DNA of 64,000 bases from Takakia lepidozioides (taxonomy: Eukaryota; Plantae; Bryophyta): positions 2,294,001-2,358,000 of the forward strand of contig CM060733.1 in the NCBI GenBank assembly GCA_030704615.1. Reading direction: 5' to 3'. Made by a program: the position numbers and the translations under genes. This document shows, in pieces, positions 59,823 through 64,000 of this stretch (its first letter is position 1; the number at the start of each line of letters is the position of its first letter). The notes below the pieces were generated by a model that worked only from the letters and a program-made list of their open reading frames with translations, was not told the origin of the DNA and did not search any database.

Positions 59823-61470
59823 TTACCAGTAATCTCCACAAGAACAAACCCCATCTTGGAAGTGGTGAAAGTGGTTAACATCCCATACAACGACTGTTCA
59901 TCCTACAAACTTTGAGATAAACTTGGTAGTATGTTCTTGATGATGCGGATAGGTGTGCGTGGAATGTGATGAGCCCGAAAGTAATAGTCAGCTTCTTACT
60001 GTGGTGGAAGAGATTATTCCTACAAAGTGCATGTCAGGCACATACACATCGCCTTCGACGCCCAGGCAATCTCCTGTGCTCAACATGGAGTCCTCCATTG
60101 GTGGATACAATTGTCTTTTACACCGGATGTATGTACCTAATTGTGAACCTCAATGTCGTACCCTGGTTCCTTCTGGATACCTGTCTGCCATCATTTTTCT
60201 CGGCTTTGCTTGAGCCTCGCACCTACCAACTGCAGCACAGATGTTCAATAGCAGCGCTTAAGTTGGAGCATGCTGTGGACCCCACTCAAGAAGGCACTTT
60301 GCGGCATGTTCTGCTAGTTTCACATCGCCATGAACTCTGCAGGCACCAAGCAAGGACCCCCACAATGAGGCATCTGGTTCTATCGGCATTTTGTTAATGA
60401 TGTCCTGGGCCTTTTCCAATTGTCCTGCACGGTCGAAAAGGTCTACCATGCAGCTAAAATGCTCCACTGTAGGAGTAACGTCATGAACTCGACTCATCGA
60501 ATCAAAGTAGTACCGGCCTTCTTCCACTAGGCCCCCATGGCTGCATGCAGAGAGACGACACGTGAAGGTGATGTCGTCCAGCTTTATGCCATCCTGTTGC
60601 ATTTGCTCAAATAACTTTAGGGCCTCTCGACCACAACCAGTCCGAGCATATCCTGCAATCATTGCATTCCATCTGACCACATTTCGCAGAGTCATATTGT
60701 TGAACACTTCATGTGCATCCTTCATGCTTCCACATTTGGCCTACATATCAGCAAGGGCAGTCTCCAGAATGATATCAGGTGAAATTCCAGCTTTGATGAT
60801 GTCACCTTTGCCCTTTTCCAGGGCTGCAAGAGTGGCACACGCACTGAGAACGTAAATGAATGTTACACTATCGGGCTGCACCCCTTCCCATTGCATTTGT
60901 ACATACATCTCAAAAGCCTCCCTACCACAACCATGTTGGGCATATCCTGCAATGATGGAGCTCCATGAGACCACATGTCAAACACCATACGCGCCTCCTT
61001 CATGCTTCCGCATTTTGGAACACATGTTAGCAAGGGCAGTCTCAAGAAGGCTATCTGGCTCAATTCCAGCTTTGATGATCCCAGCATGGACCTCCTTGCC
61101 CTTTTCAAGAGCTCCTAGGCTGGCACATGCATTCAGGATGCAAGTGACTGTCACCCTGTCTGGAGTCAACCCTTTCTGTATCATTTGCTCATATATCTCC
61201 AAAGCCTCCCCACCACACCCATGCTGAGCATATCCTGCAATGATTGTGCTCCATGAGAGCACATCTCTTTGATTCATATTTTTGAACACTTCACGCGCTT
61301 CCTTCATGCCCCCGCATTTGCCATACACATCAACAAGGGTATTTTCCAGATTCACACATGATGGGATTCCAGCTTTGATGATATCAGCATGGACCTCTTT
61401 GCCCTTTGCTAGGGCACCTAGACTGGCACACGCATTGAGAACGCAAATGAACGTGATCCTGTCGATCTAG
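59823..61470 (-). pseudogene. PLS-class PPR-E-DYW RNA-editing factor pseudogene
   Basis: P/L/S repeats with stops and frameshifts, E domain (SLWGSLLGACRVHG), degenerate DYW (FHHSKKL, CxxC deleted) ending DVNHFHHFQDGVCSCGDYW* at 59823. Confidence 0.92.
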
Positions 61471-63089
61471 ACCCGGAAGAATATCCAGAGGCCGAAGCTT
61501 ATTACGCATTTGAGCGCGCCCCCCATGCACATGGGTGGAAGACAACATAGTTTTTAAGCTGGCCAATAGTCATATGTGAGTTTGTTCTACTTGGAGTGGG
61601 CTAAAAATCTATCAGAACTTGATTCTCTAGATGGATGATAGGACTATGTATGCCTTTTTCAAACGTGCAACTCATGAGTGGTTGGCTGCTGTCACCCATG
61701 TGAGTGTGAACAAGGAAAGCAGGCAGAAGTAGGGTTGCAGCCACTGTGGCTGCTCAGGACAGGGTATCTGTGAGCCAGTTGAGCCCAAGGCCACAGTCTA
61801 TGGGAAATTGAGATATATTCACTGTTGTTTAGTTGGTGGGACAACAGACCACCAAATTTGACATTTCAGTGCACACACCATTTTTGTGGCTTCAACTTGA
61901 GACTTGATATGTCCGTTAACAGCAACCTTATCAGTTCCTCTGCGGCGGTGTCTCTCCTGAGTTTATGGGGAAGAGAAAGCACATGCTTCTCCTTCCCTAC
62001 GTGACGTGTGGTTAATTTAACATTTTCATTCTTCCTCTGTCGAACCTTTCGTATATCTGCACAGTGATGTTGCCTAGTGACAACAATGTTAAATTTAGCA
62101 TTGCCATCGGGCGAGACATGTACAGTGATTCGCCTGTAACTACAGTCCTGGTTAGGTTTAATAGGAGGGCCCCGGTGAAGGAGCCGGCCCAAAAAGTGGG
62201 GTATGCCGCTATTTGTACCCCGCGCACGGTATTCTTTAGTAAAAGGCGAAAGAATAGTTCGCTTTGCGCTGAGCACACGGCTGATGAATTGCATGATGGA
62301 AGGCAAGGTTTATATAGGACTTATCCGTCGACATCTCTGCAAACGATATGGGATAAATATATGCCCAAAATTTTCCAGCGTAAAAAGCAAAACCCTACCA
62401 CTGCAGGCTTCCTGACTCCTGACCCTGCTGTTAATATGTACGTGATGGTCCAGAAATGTTGAAGTGATGAAAAGCAAACACGGCGACTGCATTCGTGAGA
62501 ATACTCTTGCAAGCCTTGCTTGATTGTTACTAAGAAGGCTTGCCCTGCGAACTTGGTATAGCTTAGTATCAATCGAGAGGGGGAGCATGCCATATGCCTA
62601 CATTCTCCTCTCCTTGTCGTCTCTGTTTAGGAGTCCATGCTGAGAACAGGGAATAACAAGTGTCCACCAGTTCATCTGCTGATGATATGTTGTTTGCTGC
62701 AGCTGATTATCTTTTGTGCGTTACAAGATTTGTCATCAATCCATGGCTGACAGGATAGAGGGTACCTCCGAAGCCGAGCCCTATCATTTACAAGCTTGAT
62801 ACTGTGCAAAATGTGGCCCAGACCCGTAGCCGACCATCGAGATTCGGCCCCCCGACTGAAAAGCCTGAGAGTGCACGGACTGCTACTCGACATTTGCAGC
62901 CAGAGTGTTCAGTCAGTGTCGTGACTATATCTGCCTAACAGTGTACAGCCAGGTGAGATCTAAATTTAACGGTGGTGGCACAACTGTGTGCGCAATACAA
63001 GAAGGTTTGCAACTCTGTCTCTAATTTCCTCACATGCACAACATGTTCAGTGATATGTAAATGCGCAACTCCACAAGGCAATCCTAGTT

Positions 63090-63490
63090 ATTTGCTGTTC
63101 TGCAGAAAGGAAGAGGAGATTGTAATTGCCCATGTGAGGGCAGCCTGAAGACAATATCCACTGCACTGTCCGGGATGTTCTCACCAGAGAGTGACCCTCT
63201 TCAGGACGATCAAGAACATTGTCACGTTACCTCTGTTCACCAACTTTCAAAATCTTGAGGCTGAGCCTAAGGCCCTGGCCCTGTTGGGATCTAATGCTGG
63301 GTAGCTCACACACAACAAGTTGATGCTTGTGTGAAGGGCTTTTTAGAGGATATCTGGAAAAACCGAACTAATTGTCTTCACCAAGATAAAGTCACACTGC
63401 CGGAGTGAGCCCCTCACAAAAGGTAGCATCTATTCCGTTTTGTTCCGCCCAAACTGGGCCACATGGCTGCGGCAAACAACCGTCTCTACA
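63090..63490 (+). mobile_element. LINE 3' fragment, same family as 54342-55500
   Basis: Aligns by eye with 55095-55495. Confidence 0.8.
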
Positions 63491-64000
63491 AGCTTCATCA
63501 TCTTGGAGTGTTTCAACTTCATCTTCGTCGTCTTCTTAAGACTCTTCTTCCTCATTCTATGTGGGAGTCCCACAACTCAATCTGCTAATAGCATGCTGTG
63601 AATGGGCATTTCTGTTGTTACTTTTTAGCGAGGGTTCTGTGTGAAGCCCATAAGTTAAATGATGCCCGTGGTGTGTGGTTGTAGGTGTCAGGAAAATCTA
63701 TGCAAGCGAGTAGGCTTGTTCATAAACAATCAATCATTTTCAGATCAGATTCCAATGGAGAGGAGTTTGAAGGGTGCCGCAAAGTGCTGAGCTCTATTTA
63801 CAGACTTGCCTCCCACCCATCATTGTGCGATACACATATTTGTGTGTAGGCTTAACTGAGGATGTACAGCAAATTTTACTTCCATGAATGCTTCAGGATG
63901 GTCATGGACCTCATACTGGCTTTGATGTTGTTGTGAGTGTCCTGTAGAAGATGTTCCCAGCTCCTTACAAGTGGTCGGGGGTGTATGCTGTCATCCATTA

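Noticed and set aside
59400-60200. Plus-strand ORFs as a retroelement remnant
   Set aside because: From ~59823 onward the minus strand is the E/DYW end of the PPR pseudogene; the rest shows no retroelement motifs.

Overview
Eukaryotic land-plant DNA. DYW-type PPR remnants, a SCO2-like exon and an intron-containing AMS/DYT1-like bHLH gene suggest a seed-free plant with organellar RNA editing (inference). The left 35 kb is a nest of transposons. (i) A Ty3/Gypsy retrotransposon (1-8281) has a complete DNMT3-like C5-cytosine methyltransferase between protease and RT, and a PHD finger after the integrase. (ii) A Crypton-like tyrosine-recombinase fragment follows. (iii) A ~173-bp satellite is split by a ~16-kb Mutator-like element (15128-~31239, 9-10-bp TSD). 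This element encodes a DDE/SWIM transposase on the minus strand. Divergently, it carries an intron-rich cargo gene predicted to fuse a ParB-like domain (DGNHR) to a beta-class N4C/N6A DNA amino-methyltransferase. The predicted first intron of that gene holds 17 tandem 116-bp units, each with a 36-bp palindrome. A CACTA element (26063-30022, TSD GGA) splits the methyltransferase C-terminus. (iv) A PIF/Harbinger element follows. The right half holds the bHLH gene, an intronless coiled-coil retrocopy, LINE fragments, a SCO2-like exon and a PPR-DYW pseudogene. The best candidate for a new system is the Mutator-borne ParB-MTase with its palindromic array. All domain calls come from motifs read by eye; no searches were run.
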